NCBI RefSeq assembly: GCF_001194135.2
Contig: NC_068990.1
Location: 45,711,101 to 45,767,251, forward strand
DNA from: Octopus bimaculoides
Lineage: Eukaryota
DNA: 56,151 bases
Direction: 5' to 3'
Within the stretch, counting starts at the first letter, position 1. Each line of letters starts with the position of its first letter. This document shows positions 1 to 14,895 of the stretch, piece by piece. A model generated the notes under the pieces. It worked only from the letters and a program-made list of their open reading frames with translations, was not told the DNA's origin and made no database searches. Both the position numbers and the translations under genes were made by a program.

Positions 1-982
1 CCTTAAGGCATTACTTGAAGAAAATCCTGCATTATCAGTTAAAGAATTAGCAATAAAGCTTAGTTCAAACCATACAACTGTTCATCATCATCATCTTCAA
101 CAACTTGGAAAGGTTCCTAAACTCGGAAAATGGGTGCCTCATGAATTGTCTGGAAGCAACCACAAATCCTGAGGTGATATCTGCTCTTATCTTCATTCTC
201 GCAAACTCATTTCACCCTTTTTGGATAGACATGTGACTGGTGATGAAAAATGGATCTTCTATCAAAATGTTAAATGTCGTAAACAGTGGTTTGGTAAAAG
301 GGAAAAAGCTTAACCACAACCGAGAAGGGCACTTCATGGGAAAAAGGTTCTTCTCTCTATCTGGTGGGATTGCAAAGGAATAATTCACTTTGACTTGTTA
401 CCACCTAACACAACAATCAATGCTCAAGTCTACTGTCAGCAATTAGAGTGTTTGAACCAAGCTTTGAAGAAAAAAAGACCTGCTTTAGTGAATAGAAAAA
501 GAGTGATGTTTCATCAGGACAATGCATGATCACACACTGCAAAGATCACATCACAGAAGATCGAAGAGCTTGGCTGGGAAAAAATTCCTCATCCACCTTA
601 TTCTCTTGACCTTGCTCCTTCAGACTACCATTTGTTTCATAGTTTGCAGAATCATTTCGGGGACATAACTTTCGCAAGCCAGGAGGAGATCGAAACTGAC
701 ATTTCAGAGTTCTTCACTTTGAAACCAAAAGAGTTTTACATTGATGGGATTAAAAAGCTTGTAAATAGANNNNNNNNNNATCGAAACTGACATTTCAGAG
801 TTCTTCACTTTGAAACCAAAAGAGTTTTACATTGATGGGATTAAAAAGCTTGTAAATAGATGGAAGGAAGTCATAGATAATCAGAGAAAGTACATTGATT
901 ATTAAATTTCAATTAAACATAACACTTGATCACTTGTTTTCTTTATTCAAAATTTGGACAGAACTTATGGGATAACCTGATG
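1..982 (+). mobile_element. Decayed mariner (Tc1/mariner) element, 3' portion with right TIR; 5' part lies outside the window
   Basis: Broken translation shows WVPHEL, VTGDEKWIFY, WWDCKG, HQDNA and HPPYSLDLAPSDYHLF. These are mariner DD34D motifs, interrupted by stops and frameshifts. A TIR-like end (aacttatgggataacctga) lies at ~962-982. Confidence 0.92.
770..779. other. 10-N assembly gap flanked by an 81-bp exact duplication
   Basis: 689-769 is identical to 780-860. Confidence 0.9.
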
Positions 983-2726
983 TATCACAGCTGACTACAC
1001 AATATATATTACATAGTCAACCAAAATAAATTCATCTGTCTGGTTGGTTTTTAAGTGCAAGAAATCAAATTACGTGTAAGTGTGGGATTTTCTCTCATAT
1101 GATGCCATAATAGTTGTAGATTCAAAGGAATTGTTGCAATCTAAACACAACTGGATGGAAATGATTTGAAACTATAGAGACTCCATAATCAGTAACTACA
1201 TCTTATCAATCACATTTTTTTAAAAAACAGATAGAAATCAAATCTTTTATACTAATTCAAACACAAAACTAACAAATTAAAAAAAAAACCCAGTAGAACA
1301 AGCTTTTGAGTTCACTAACAATGTAGGAAAAGCAAACAGGAAAAAAGTTCAGGCAGGGATGGAGAACAATAGGCAGCAGAAAAATAAAGTTAAAGAGAGG
1401 TTGATTGTAATTGTAAATCTAAAACATAAATCCAATATTCATAAAATGAGTTTGGCCTGGATATATTCTAATTGGGAAGGCCTGCAGCAAAGACAGAACA
1501 ATAAATAAATAAATAAATATATAAAATAAAATTTTAAAAAAAGCTGATACTGTAAATCTCATTGAAAATTTGATTTTTATGTTAATAAAGTGTAGAGTTC
1601 ATGATTTTCTGTAAACTAGGTTTCATGTACCCTATTGTCAATCTGCTTAATATTTCACTGGACTTTCTTATCAGTAATAGCATTCTATGTATGGCTCAGA
1701 TAGCTGAAACTTTTTATCATCAGAAACCCAACTCAATGTGAGTTCAAAGTTTTCACTCTAAAGTGTTATCAACAGGTACAAAATATACAGGAAAATTATC
1801 ATTGAGCAACAAACAACTTCATTTATACGTAATTACAACAGAAAGGATTAAAAAGTAGAAATAACAAGAGATAAAGACTAAGAGCTAATTCATGTCTGTG
1901 TATTAAAATAACAAAGTAAAATAACCAAAATGCATTTAATATTCAAGAAGTTAAAATATCTGTTATCATATAGTTGTTTCAGTCATTAGACTGCGACCAT
2001 GTTGGGGCACCACCTTGAGTTTTAGTTAAACAAATTAACCCCAGTACCTAAGACAGTTAAAAGAAGTACTAGGCTTAAAAAAATAATACCGGGGTCAAGT
2101 CATTCAACTAAAAATTCTTCAAGATAGTGCCCCAGCATAGCCACAGTCTAATGATTGGAACAAGTTATAAAAAACAAGAAAAAAAAACAAGATAAAAGAT
2201 AATGCAACTATTATGGTGTTAGGAAGGGCATCCAGCAGTAGAAACTATGCCAAAGCTGACATGGAGAATGATGCAGCCCTGCTGCTCACCGGATCCTGTC
2301 AAATGACCCAACCCAGCCAGCATGTAAAACAAACATATGATGATGATGATGAAATTAATGCAGATTTGAAATACAAATATAAACTGTAATCTCAGATTTA
2401 AAAACAGGATGTGAGAAAAATAAAGGAGTAGCTAACTCAATTTACAACAGATTGACGATGAGAATTAAAGAAAATATTTCTGGGTAAACAACTAAGAGGA
2501 CAGAGTTCTGGAAATGGAATTTAGGTGGATTTGGTTGCTTGCTGAAGAACTAGCATCATCATAATCATGAATCAGTACTTTTAAGGACTAACACAATGAC
2601 ATGTCAATTCTTACCTCAAGATAAAATGATCAAGGACAGTGGAGATAATGACCTACTGAAAATAGTAGCTAAATATCCCTCAAATTACATTCCTACTATT
2701 TCAACTCTTTAGCACTGGGGGATTGT

Positions 2727-2945
2727 GAAGGCATGTGGCTTAGTGGTTAGGATGTCAGGCTCATGATCGTAAGATTGTGGTTTCAATTCCTAGACTGGGC
2801 AACATGATGCACTCTTGAGTAAAACACTTCATTTCACGTTGCTCCAGTCCATGCAGTTGGCAAAAATAAGTAATCCTGCAGTGGATAGCATCCCACCCAG
2901 GTGGGGAATATATATGCCATGAAACTGGCACTTATGTGTTGATAT
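2727..2945 (+). mobile_element. tRNA-derived SINE (family with ttcacgttgctccagt core)
   Basis: A-box-like tggcttagtgg and B-box-like ggtttcaattcc. A similar copy lies on the minus strand at ~43155-43380. Confidence 0.65.
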
Positions 2946-3379
2946 GACTCAAAAAGGTAACTTTACCTTTACTACTCAGGTGCTGTGATAGAAAACACTT
3001 GCCTAATGTGCCATATGGTAGGGCTGAACCCAGAACTATGCGGTTGAGAAGCAAATTTCTTACACATAGGGCCTTGCTGTGCCTATATTTCAATATTTTA
3101 CCAAATTCAATATTTTAAACATTTCTTCAAATGCAGTACCTTCAAAATTTTATGATGCTGCAGCTTAAGGCTTAATTTTGAAGGTTAAATCAGAGATTAT
3201 ATTAACACTAATTAAAATATGCTGACAACATTGTCTTCATAAGTTAGACCAGGAAGAGAAATAGGTGCCCATGACCTTTGAAGAATCTTCTAGAATGCTT
3301 GTTTAGATAGAACATGTTGTAGGTCAATCTTTACAAAAAGTGTTAAGTAGAGAGAAAATTCTAAAGGATTGCAATTCTG

Positions 3380-4500
3380 GGAAGAAAGGACTGAGCAAAG
3401 TTGTTTTGTACAAGGTTTGAATGAAACACAGTGAGAGTGATAGGAGAAGGGGAGATGGGTAGATCAGGTAGACCTGGGTGGAATGGAGTACACAGTTTGA
3501 TAGTTCAGCAACACAAGAAGACGAGAGGTCAATAATGTATCAATATTTTGAAGACTACTTCAACGCTATTCTATATAGAATAGAGCTAGTTTTGCAAGTT
3601 ATTGATTTGTGATAAAGACTGGTATGGCATTTCTGAAGACAAACAAGCCATAATTCACAGGAGTCCTAATACTGATTGAGGTGGAGTGATGCAGGGCAGC
3701 AAAAGCACTTCTGAAATAAATCAGCAGCACAAAATTACAAAGATAACAAAGCATCAACATAATTATTGGATGATAAAAGATATGCAGTGCACAGATTGTC
3801 CGAAATATATTTAGAAAATAATGTGAGTTGCAATTTGGGTTGATTGACAGTTGTAGACTTAGGCTTGAGAAGATAAAAATAAATACAGGTAGAAATGGCA
3901 TTTGTTCAAGGCAAATGTGAACAAAAGAGTGAACAGAATGGAGAGTGATAACCAAGAGATTGGAGGAGTATGATTATAATAAGGGTAACATAGTGATAGG
4001 AATAAGAAGATGGCAGGAGAGGGAGTAATAGAAAAAAAGATAGTGATAGCTACATATTGGATTTTGGTAAAGAGATTCAATAGAAAAAAAACAGCATGTG
4101 GGGCATGATGGGATACCAAGAAGAATGGGTGATGGTTAAAATGAGTGATGGACAGCAACAGAGATGAGGGAATGAAAACCAGAATAGCAGATGCCGATGG
4201 AAAGTGACAAGAAGGAGAGAGAGTGGATAGTAGTAAAGAAGGGTGATGGTAGGGCAGGGGTGGGGTTGAATTTGGACAGATTTAATGAATCTATTATTAC
4301 ACAAGCATCACTCTGGAAAAGAAGGGTGATGTAGGATTGAGACAAATCAAGTGCCATCTGATTAAACAGGTGGTATGAGTGACAAATGAGTAGGTAATGA
4401 AAAAGGTAGCAGATGGAGATTTAACAGAAACAAATGGAGAGAGACCCAAAGTAGGTATTTTATACATGTTGCTTTTCATTGCATTTATTATCTCCACTCC
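3380..4500 (-). mobile_element. Highly decayed L2/CR1-like LINE RT remnant
   Basis: Minus-strand fragments (HLLFWFSF...LTITHSSWYPIMPHMLFFFY) loosely echo the LxWFxSYL...GVPQGSVLGPLLF region. No intact ORF. Confidence 0.35.
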
Positions 4501-6439
4501 CAGTTGAGATTTATGTTCTTGAAATGTGTTCATCACATATCCTGTCTTCTTAAGTTCATCACATCATCTCATGTCTTCCACATGTTACATCCACTTCAAA
4601 TGTTCACTACCTCTTTGCACAGCTGGTATCCTCCTAATATATCACATATCCCTGACAGTGCAGCATTCTCTCCTTATAAAACAGTAAAAACCAAGGGATT
4701 CTATTTCCTGAGGTTTTGGAAAATTTATCGGAATCGATTTATTTCCAAAATATAGCTAATGCTAACTGATTTGTCATTTTAATTTAAAATGCTTCAAATT
4801 CCTGTCAGGCACAACTTTTGTAGGATCAATAAACCTCAAGGGCAATCACTGACCACTGAAACTTGTTATCATTCCTTTCCACATGGTTAACTTTAATTTC
4901 CAACCATTGTATGGTTTGCTGAGACCAGATGCATAAATAATTTACTTGGAAATGGGTAAGGGTTGGCAACAGGAATGGCATCAAGCTGTAGAAAACTGAC
5001 ACAACAAATCTCATCTAACCCATGCCAACACAGAAAATGCAGACATATATAAATATTGATGATGATGAAACCAATGATATAAATTAGGAAGTTTGTATAA
5101 CATTGTAAGTCATTTGTTTCCCCTATACTGTATAGCTTTATAATCTCAGAAATATTTCATAACTATTACACAGATTTTCTGTTGCAATAAACTCAAGAGT
5201 ATAAACCATATATCTATTTAAAAAAAGATTTGCTGGTGAGCTCAATAGTGAAAAGATGGAAAGCATTTTGTTTCAGAAAATATTTCTTCTCAGTTGGGTT
5301 TTCTAGAATATTTAAATAACCAATAAATATGTATTATTTCTATACACAATATGGAGAATACACTGTTAAATATATAGTTTATTTTAGATAATTTCTTTAT
5401 TAAAAAGAAATATTGGAGGAATGACTCCCATGTAGTGTTCTACTTTACCAAAAGGTATATGTTCAAATCATATTACAGGCACATTTTTATATTTGCTTCA
5501 GTGAATCTAGTTGAAATTGAAGAAAATTTCGATATTATATTCATTTACTTTTTCTGCCAAAGCAAAAGCAGTCAATTCATTTTATCCACCTGAATTCAAT
5601 CTTATAGTTGGATGGTTTGCATCAGGAAATGAAATATTTGCTTCAACAACTAATACAAATTCTCCAAATTTGATAAATTATATATACATAACAGGACATC
5701 AGAATAATATTCTCCATTTTTCAAAGAAGCTAATACAAGTTAGCATGCTAACTTTGCACTAATGAAGAACAATTATTATTTCCATTATTTTTATTAAGGA
5801 TCTCCTATAACTATGAAAAATTGTATATACAAACATGAATGGTGTCTCTCTCTCTCTCCATCAGTAGTTCCATCAAAAATTTATTTAGGTAAGTAATTAG
5901 CCTTCTTCAATACCAGTAGCTTGGGAAGACGATATATTCATTATTTCTCAAGGATAATGATGTGAGCGAGCATGTTAACTAAGCATATATTTATTATTTC
6001 TGGATTGGCAGAACTGTTAGAGCATCAAAAAAGCACACTGTTGTATTTGTTCTGGGCCTTTACATTCTGAGTTTAAATTCCACAAAGATCAATTCTACCT
6101 TTCATCCTTCCAAGATCAAATAAAATAAAGTACCAGTCAAGTACTGAGATCAATATAATTGACTATGTTCCTCCATCAATTTCAGGACTTGTGTCTATGT
6201 AAGAAATCATTAAGGTTCTCTTCTAACTACTAGAAATTGTGTATATGCTCTCTCTGTTAGTCAACTTCTAAACATAGTGTGTAAAAAATGAATGGTGTAC
6301 CCTACTCACTATCTTGGCAAGAATGACTCACCATTACTCAAACTGTTCTGACAACAATGAAAACTCCTTGTTCAGCTTACTAGCTAAATTCAATGTCTTA
6401 TACAGTGGCATGGAAATTCTCAGCTCCCTTCCCCATTCT

Positions 6440-7500
6440 TATGGAGAAATCTTCATTTTCTGTTATTTGCCCAGACTGAAAGGTTGATTCCTGACAAATT
6501 GTACCAGGAGTGTCCCATCTGGCTAGTAATCAAATATTTTTCTCTGCCTACACCATGATGGACATGATACCACAAGAATACTTGAAGCATAACCACTCTA
6601 GGAATTCAGATACTCAAAACTAGCCAACCAACTTGTCTACTGTATTTTGGATTACAGAGATGTTGCCATAAAGGTAAGAGTTAGCAACAAGATCAGTGAG
6701 GAATTTAGCATGTAAGTAGGTATCCATAAGAACTCAGTTATCAGCCTCCAACTGTTTAATTGTAATTCATGGGAACTTTTGTATGCTGATAACTTAGTTA
6801 AATCTCAAGAAAGAAAACAGGATCCTATTATCATCTGGACAGTAGCCATGTTTAGCCATCCAAAAAAGGACAAGGTAGGAACTGTATTCATTATAACCAA
6901 TATAAAATTATTGATGCATAAGTGCAGTGGGATTACAAAAAGGCTGGCAGAAAAACAGAACTTTGCATGTAACAGATAGGCTGGAGTAGTTAGCACTAAG
7001 AGAAACAAGATATAAATTCTTTCAAATGATTGACTGATTGACAAAAAAAAAAAAAAAAAAATGTAGTTGATAGCTTCTAAATAGTAATAGGGGAAGGTGG
7101 GTGTTTAGAATGAATAGCAGCCAAAATAAAAACAGGGTGGAAACTCAAGGCACTATTAACTCTGATGGCAATAAAGAGATTAAAACTGAGTAAAGAGCAG
7201 AGTGTATGATGTTTGTGTACAAAGTACACTCATGTTGCATGGTAGCACAAGATGGCCACTGAATGCAGTGGCTGCAGAAAGACTGAAAAGAAATGAGGTG
7301 AGCATACACTTCTGGATTTATAAGGATAGCACACATGAACAATAGAGTACAAAGGAGTTGGTACAAACATAAGATGCATATGAAAGGTATCAGTTGACTA
7401 ATGGAGTACAAATGAGATGGTACAAACATGAGATGTATTTGAAGGATAACAGTTGAATAATGAAATGCCAAATAAGCTAAGTGGAAGGAAAATAAGGAAA
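6440..7500 (+). mobile_element. Decayed RTE-clade LINE fragment
   Basis: Reads KVRVSNKISEEF...WELLYADNL and RVKSRVYDVCVQSTLMLHGS. These match the better-preserved RTE copy at 24.5-26.7 kb (KVRVGNEYCEEF, PWELLYADDL, RVKGRLYDACVRTTMLHGS). Confidence 0.65.
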
Positions 7501-9474
7501 AGATACATGTTAGAAAAACTGATTTCAGATGTAGTAAGCTGAATGTCCACCATTAGTCCAACGAACTGCAAAAAAAAGTGATGACCTATCAACAGCTGTA
7601 TTAGTGTCAGTTTGGTTGTCATAGTATGCTGGCCAAACAGAATTGGATCACACACTATTGAGCAGGCAGAGGTTATTAATGGAAATTCATCAACTATCCT
7701 ACTGCTATAGCAAAAAAAGCAAAGAGAAAGAGACCAAGGAATATACAGAAAAGGAGAGAAAGAAACATGAAGCCATGAAAAATAAGAAAACTGAATCTCT
7801 GTCAACCTATTATACAATAGGGAAATAACTGAAAGCAGTTTAAAACTGTGTCAAGAGGTCGGCTCTTCCTGTTAGAATCACAATGCAAAGTTACATCATT
7901 AGATAATACCTCTCACACAACAACAATACACAAGAAACATGCTCTCTTAGAAGTTGTCTAATCAGATCGAAGACTGATTCACTAGATAGCATGTGTCCAG
8001 TTTGCAAACCAATATTATTTACAAATATACTTGTACATGCAGAGCAAGATACATAGGATCTATCAAACAACTTTATTGCAGGATTCTTTGGAGCATTTCT
8101 TCAAAGCCATACCACCCAGTTCAGTGTTCTAACACAAACTAACACATGGAGGAAGCATATCAACACAGAAGTTAGCAAAAAAACAGCAATACTGTAAGCC
8201 TCTGGATGACTGAAATGCACTGCACTAAATTCACCTTGAATTCTGGAGTTAACTGGACACATGGAAACACACATAGAATGACATATGCATGTATATAAAT
8301 ATACATGTAATAGATGTATTTATATATAAATTTTTTATACACACACACACACATTTCGTTATCATCATCGATGATAATGATGCTCATTATCAATGCTGGC
8401 ATGAGTCAGATGAAAATACGTTGGAGCAGAGCTTTCTATGGCCAGATGCCCTTCTTGTCACAAACATAGAAAAAGTTCTCATAAAAAGCCATATAAAATT
8501 CATACAAAAAGGCAACACATTATTTTCTTTTCTTGGGTAAGTGTCTTCTGCTATAGCTCATCAAAGCCTTGTGAGTGCATTTGGTAGATGGAAATTGAAA
8601 GAAATTTGTTTGTGCATGTGTGTGTGCGTGCGTATTTGTGTATACCCCTGTCTATTACATGATGGTTGTAAATGAGCATCAGTCATACAAGCAAGGTTAT
8701 CTGTTTTCAGTCTTCCATGAAAATACTACTTTGCTTGGAAACAGGTGAAGTTTGTTGACAGGAAGGGCATCCAGCTGTAGAAAAATCTGTTACAATAAAT
8801 TCTGTCTGACCAATGCAAGCTTGGAAAAGTGGATGTTAAATGATGATGATGATTGTATTTGACAGAGATTGTAAATTTCTTGTGAACAGTTAATTTTATT
8901 TGTGTATATTACTGTCATATATTCTTGCTAACTCTTTCATACATGGAAAGGAAAATATGATAATTATTATTATTAATAATCTATAGATTGATTATTACTT
9001 TAGTTGCTATCTTCACATCAGTTTCTACATGAAAAATCAAGAAACCAAGATCATATCAATATCACAAAAGTTAGATTATTGTTTTTTTAATTAACCAAAC
9101 ATCAATTCAGGTAACAGCAGTATATGGTATTTTCCAGAAGAAAAACAGATAAATATAGACACTCACACTTCTTATACATTGGAGGTAATTGGACACATTC
9201 TCTCTATATATATATTTTAGTGTTTTTTTTTTTAGCATGTGGCTGACAGAATCTTTAAATGTAACTCAGATTTGTCAATATTTTCTAAGATAGACATAAA
9301 CTGGATTGAAGTGGGTAACCAAAACCACCACTGTACTTGACTGGTACTTATTTTATTATCACTGGAGGGATGAAAGGCAAAGTTGACCTCAGGAAGATTT
9401 GAACTAAAAAAAAAAAATAAAAAAATAAAAATAAAAAAGAAAGAAAAAAAAAGGGGCACAATTTGAGTCTTTAA

Positions 9475-11234
9475 GCCTTTAGTGTTCAGATTAATCTGTC
9501 AAATGTAATGCTTATTTGTTCACATTATTTTGAATTATTCAGGTTCAAGAGGGGTGTCCACAATATTTGCTTGTAACTTCGTTAATCTTTTACATACAAA
9601 TTTGAAAATTTGTCAGTGGGTGCTTATATACCAGTGGTAATTTTAGCAGATCTTTCTGATTAAATTTGACTTTTATAGGAAGGTAAATTTAATTAATAGG
9701 TGTAAAAGCAATAACATTACAGATAAACACTAAAATTGAAATTCTTAAGCATCTTACCTATTTGATTTATTACTAAAATTATTCCAGATGTCAACTGCCA
9801 ACAATTTTGCCATTTTTCAAAAGGAGATACATTAATTTATTCTTTCTCTATATTTCATTCAAACATTTTCATTGAAAATAAAGTACAAAACTCTTTTACT
9901 TGTTAATATACCATTGGCTATGCACTCTTATACAATTTAATGAATACATTTACATAACAGAATGCATCCAATAAAAAAAGTTCATTAACAGGTGAGACAA
10001 AGGTGAATATAGGTGTGCAACATACTGAAAATCAACATGTATTTCTCACTTTCATATATTATTTGTAATAAAATGAAAGGAATATATAATAGTATTATTA
10101 TCAAACAACAAAATATAGTTATGCCATATTTCTATCATGAAACTGTCTAAAGCACCCTTTACACAAGGACACTTTGCAAAATGAACACATACATAAGGTC
10201 TCAACCTGATAACCTTTCACAGTTTTTCTTTTTTGCAGTGAACACAGTCTGCAAACTTTTTACCTTCCATTTATTTTTTCCACTTTATGGAAGTCAATAT
10301 TTTCTCTGCTGACATCCATCTCAGTTAATTTTGCTTTTCTCCCAGTTCTGTGCTTTCTGGGAGAAAAGCTCTCATGTAACTGAGATGCGATGTCAACCCC
10401 AAAATTCAAATGGTTGTAACCCTTGTGGCTTTTTACATAAATATATGAATTAACTATAGTTAGACATAATGCTGGAGATATATGGATTACCATACCTTAT
10501 ATCAGGACTCCAGTAGTTCCACAGTCAAGGAAGCTGCTTGATACCAAACATAATGTTTAGAGTAAAAAAAGCTTGCATTTCTGCAGTGTCATTTGGCTGC
10601 CATAATGGATAGGGTCTTCCACAAATAGAAATTATGCATTGAGCATATTTATGTTTCCTCCATGACAGTTTCAAAAAAACTTTTCAGTAGAAATAAAAAT
10701 AAATAGTTGAATGCTTGAGCATTGGGAGGTAGACCGTGTTGTTGACTAGTCTTTTCTGTGAAATCGGGAATTGTGGTTGATGTAGTGATCTTCAACCATG
10801 TTGCCATAATGTTTTCAATATCAATTTCATTATCAAAATCTTCCTTGTCTGGCGAAGATTCATAAATATCAAAATCAGATTCGTCCAAAGACAAATCACT
10901 GTTGTTTTCATTTATATTTTGTACACCAAGAGTAAAACCTTCAAAGTTGGAATTGCTACTTGCTGACACCATATCATTAAAAACTATGATATACACTTCT
11001 CTTCAAACATTGAAAAAACCAAGAAGTCTCAAAACTTTCACAGTATTTTTACTTGAACAAAGGCAGGAAAGGCTTTATCTCACATTATCTCAAAGCTACA
11101 AGAGTTCAATAATGTGATTTGTTTATTTTTTTAATGATTTCATAGAGGAATCAGATATGGCCAGATTTGGCCACTTCAAACAAATAAAGGGGAATTACTT
11201 TTGGCCGGTTTTTGCCAGTCTGAACACTAAAGGG
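9475..11234 (-). mobile_element. piggyBac-family element, internally deleted or decayed
   Basis: TTAA at 9471-9474 and 11235-11238. 16-bp TIR (G/C)CCTTTAGTGTTCAGA. Minus-strand transposase remnants include an acidic N-terminus, PDFTEK...LPPNAQAFNYLFLFL..FFETVMEET, and YNHLNFGVDIASQL. Confidence 0.75.
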
Positions 11235-14200
11235 TTAAACAACAGAAACATACAAGTTATATGTTAGAATTAAGATGTTTTATTTTTTTTTAAGTATTTG
11301 TACAATTCCTTCAACAGCTAACAGAGTTCTACCAAAACAACAAAGAATACAAAATTGAAATTAATGAAGACTGAATAGATCATTAAACAAGAAAATGCTA
11401 TCAGTGAAAGATAAAAATGAAAAACATCAGATTAATTAAAGTTATCAATTAAGAGGCAACTGAAAACGATACTATCGAAAGAAAGAAAATATCTATCAAT
11501 TATTTTCTATATGAAACACTACACATGCATAAGAGGTTAGTAGTTAGCAGTAGAATCAAGAACCAAAAGATTATATTTCAAATTCCAACATTTCAGTTGT
11601 TTGCAAAAAGCCAACAACAGATTGTCTCAATATAATTAAGTCCATTTAGTAGCATTCATACTGATTAGATGGCAATGGTAAGAAAATATAAACTCATAAA
11701 TCATTACAATTAGGATCTATTAGAGGGATCTAGAGATCTTAGTAATTCTGAGATATGACATATCTTTTATTTTTTACTTGGTCAAGTCATTGGACTGTGC
11801 ACATGCTGGAGCATCAGCTTGAAGAATTTAGCTGAACAGATGAACCCCAGTACTTATTTTTAAAAATAAGTATGGTATATGTTCTGTCAGTCTCTTTTTG
11901 TCAAACTGCTAAGTTATAGGGACATAAACAAACCAACACTGTTTGTCAAGCAGTGGTGGGATCCAAATGCAAACAGATACACACATACACGTGTGTGTGT
12001 GTATCAAAGTAAGAAACTCAGAAGAGGGCAGCAGTGTCATACTCCCTCTATTACCAAATGCTAATCACATAAGAATGGCCACTGAAAATGTGATGACACG
12101 GTCAGTGCTCCAGTATGGTCATAGCCTTTGGGCTGAAACATAAGATAAAAGATATATATATGAAGGCCTTCTCCCAGTTTCTGTCTATCAAATTCAGTTA
12201 TAGGATTTTGGTCAGTCTGGGACTATAATAAAAAATACTTGCCCAAGATGCCATGCACTGGGACTGAAACAGAACCATGTGGTTTGGAAACAGAAGTTTT
12301 TTCAAAACTTACTTCTTGGGGAAGTTGCAGGCTATGCATGAAAGCATTCTCCATTTACCCTAGAAGATTTCAAATTTCATGTGTACATTTTATTTGGGAA
12401 GACCCTTCATGAGTTGCCTGTTTGTTGGAGACATCTTTAACTTAATGAATTTTCTTTCTGCTGGTCAGTTTGTCAACTTCTGACAGAAGTACCAGCAGAT
12501 ACTTCATAGTGACAGGATGTGAGATTTAAACTCTGAAGGCACAGAACCAGCTCAAAAATATATTGTGCTTTTTAACACAATATTTCTATAAAAAGGGATT
12601 TTTCCTGGATGAAGAACTGCAGCTTCAGGCTTTTCAGCAACATATATTTTCAGTACCTTTTATCTTTTACTTGTTTCAGTCATTGGACTATGGGCCATGC
12701 TGGGGCACTGCCCAGAACAAATTGACCCTAGTGCTTATTTTTTAAAATCTGGTTCTATTGTTCTAATGACTCTGCTAATTCACCATCTTACATGAGATGC
12801 ACATACATACAGAGTACCAAAATACTCAAAATCATTAGATTTTAAACCAAAAGCAGACATACATGATTTCACAAAAGAATCTGATTTGGAAAATGATTTT
12901 CAAACATAATTTGTGCTAAGTAGTTACGTTCCTTGTTAAGGTTAGTTGTAGAAATATTAACCAGGTATTCAATGATGTACACCTAAACTAAACATTAATA
13001 GAATAAAAAAAATTATCTGATCAGGTTTAGAATGTTAAGATGACTTTAGAGAGAAGTGGATACAGAGGCATCAAATACTGAACTACTGGAATGTAAATTA
13101 ACCACTTCAATAGATTCCTATTTCAATGATGCAAAGAAAAAAATATAATGGTTTGTACAAAACAATAACATAATTCACACAAATACATAGCAGATATAGA
13201 TCTATACATGCAGACATAAATCATGTGGTCTTCGGTTAAGCTCCACTGTGCAGCACCATGGACAAGTGTTTTCCACTATAACCCTAGGCTGACCAAAACC
13301 ATGAGAGTAAATTAAGTTGGTGGAAACTGCAAGAAGCTCATCATGTGTATATGTATCATATATGTGTGTGTGTGTGTCTTATAGAGAGATATCTGCACAG
13401 AGATATATATAATTGAATGTTTCTGTTTAAAAATGAAAGAAAACCATAATGTAAGACAAAGCACTCAATGCGTAAGTCCAATAATCATTCACTAAATAAT
13501 AATGGCAATCATAATTATTCATCCAGAAGAGCCTGATTCTTTTATTGCTTTATTTATGCATTAATAGTTGTAAAAAAATTACTGATTTAATTATTTAATT
13601 GTATAATAATTTATTTATTACATTATTTTTCAAAGAGTTCTTGAAGAACATTTTAAATTAATTGAATAAATAAGTTAATGAATGAGAGTTTTAAAAGAAT
13701 TCATGATTTAATGATTCACTAATTATTCAATAGATAATAATTCATATCTTAAGGACTATTCATTCATTTATTTACTCATGCATTAAATTTAAATTCCTAT
13801 TGACATGAACTTATCTATTTCTTTATTAATGCATTAACTATGAACTCTGACTATTGAGGGAAACAATGTGCTTCCTTGTGTACAATTCTGTAGTGGAAGA
13901 ACTCAGAACAGTCTTCTTAGAGTTATTGCCTTATGAAATGTGGGTGTGAGTGTGTAAGATGAGCTTAACACAGTTTCTGTCTATCGAATAATTCACTCAC
14001 AAGATATTGGTCATCTCGGTGTGGTAGTAGAAGACACTTGCTTAAGGTTCCATGCAGTGGGATTGAACCTGAAACTGTATGGCTGTGAAGTGAATATGTA
14101 TGTTAATGCTGGAAAAGTATTTCAAGAAAACAAGGAAATATTTCATGTGCAAAGTGATTTTGGAAGATTTGATGCCAGCATGGAAAACAGACGTCAAATG

Positions 14201-14398
14201 ATGATGATGAAGAAAGGAAATAGACAAAAAAAATCTATAAAAAAAAGGTATTATCTACAGAAATCTGTTTAGTGCAGCAAGACAGAATCTTGGCCATTCA
14301 TATTAAAATATATATAAACAAACAATTTGAATCTGACATGCAGATTTCTTGTATCTGTGTGAGTAGCAAGTCAACTCGTGTGTGTATGTGCGTGCGCG

Positions 14399-14446
<48 letters not shown>

Positions 14447-14613
14447 GGTGCAAGCATGGCTGTGTGGTAAGAAGCAGGTTTCCCAATCACATGGTTCCAG
14501 GTTCAGCCTCACTGCATGTTACCTTGGGTAAGAGTCATCTACTATAACCCCAGGCTGACCAAAGCCTTGTGAGTGGATTTGGTAGATGGAAATTGAAAGA
14601 AGTCCATTGTGTG

Positions 14614-14706
<93 letters not shown>

Positions 14707-14880
14707 ATCTTTGTGTCTGTGTTTGTCCCCCAACTACTGTTTGACAAACAAAATGGATAGAGTAAGTACCAGGCTTAAAAAAAGCAATACTGGAGTTGAT
14801 TAATTTGACTAAAAATTCTTCAAGGTGGTGCCCCAGCATGGCTGCAGTCTAACAACTGAAACAAGTAAAAGATAAAAAAG
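14447..14880 (+). mobile_element. Abundant tRNA-derived SINE with internal (TA)n(TG)n array
   Basis: A-box-like tggctgtgtgg and B-box-like ggttcagcc. Many copies occur in the window, e.g. 14896-15290 and 52653-52980, plus minus-strand copies near 12170-12300, 13970-14070 and 46440-46590. Confidence 0.75.
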
Positions 14881-14895
14881 ATATGTATATACATA

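Noticed and set aside
2727-2830. tRNA gene-like A/B boxes (many sites)
   Set aside because: No cloverleaf; these are multi-copy SINE heads followed by shared bodies.
14272-14839. HT/CV/YI-repeat ORFs (also at 33068-33444, 40843-41258, 47261-47702, 48006-48342 and 54102-54461)
   Set aside because: These are translations of di- and trinucleotide microsatellites.
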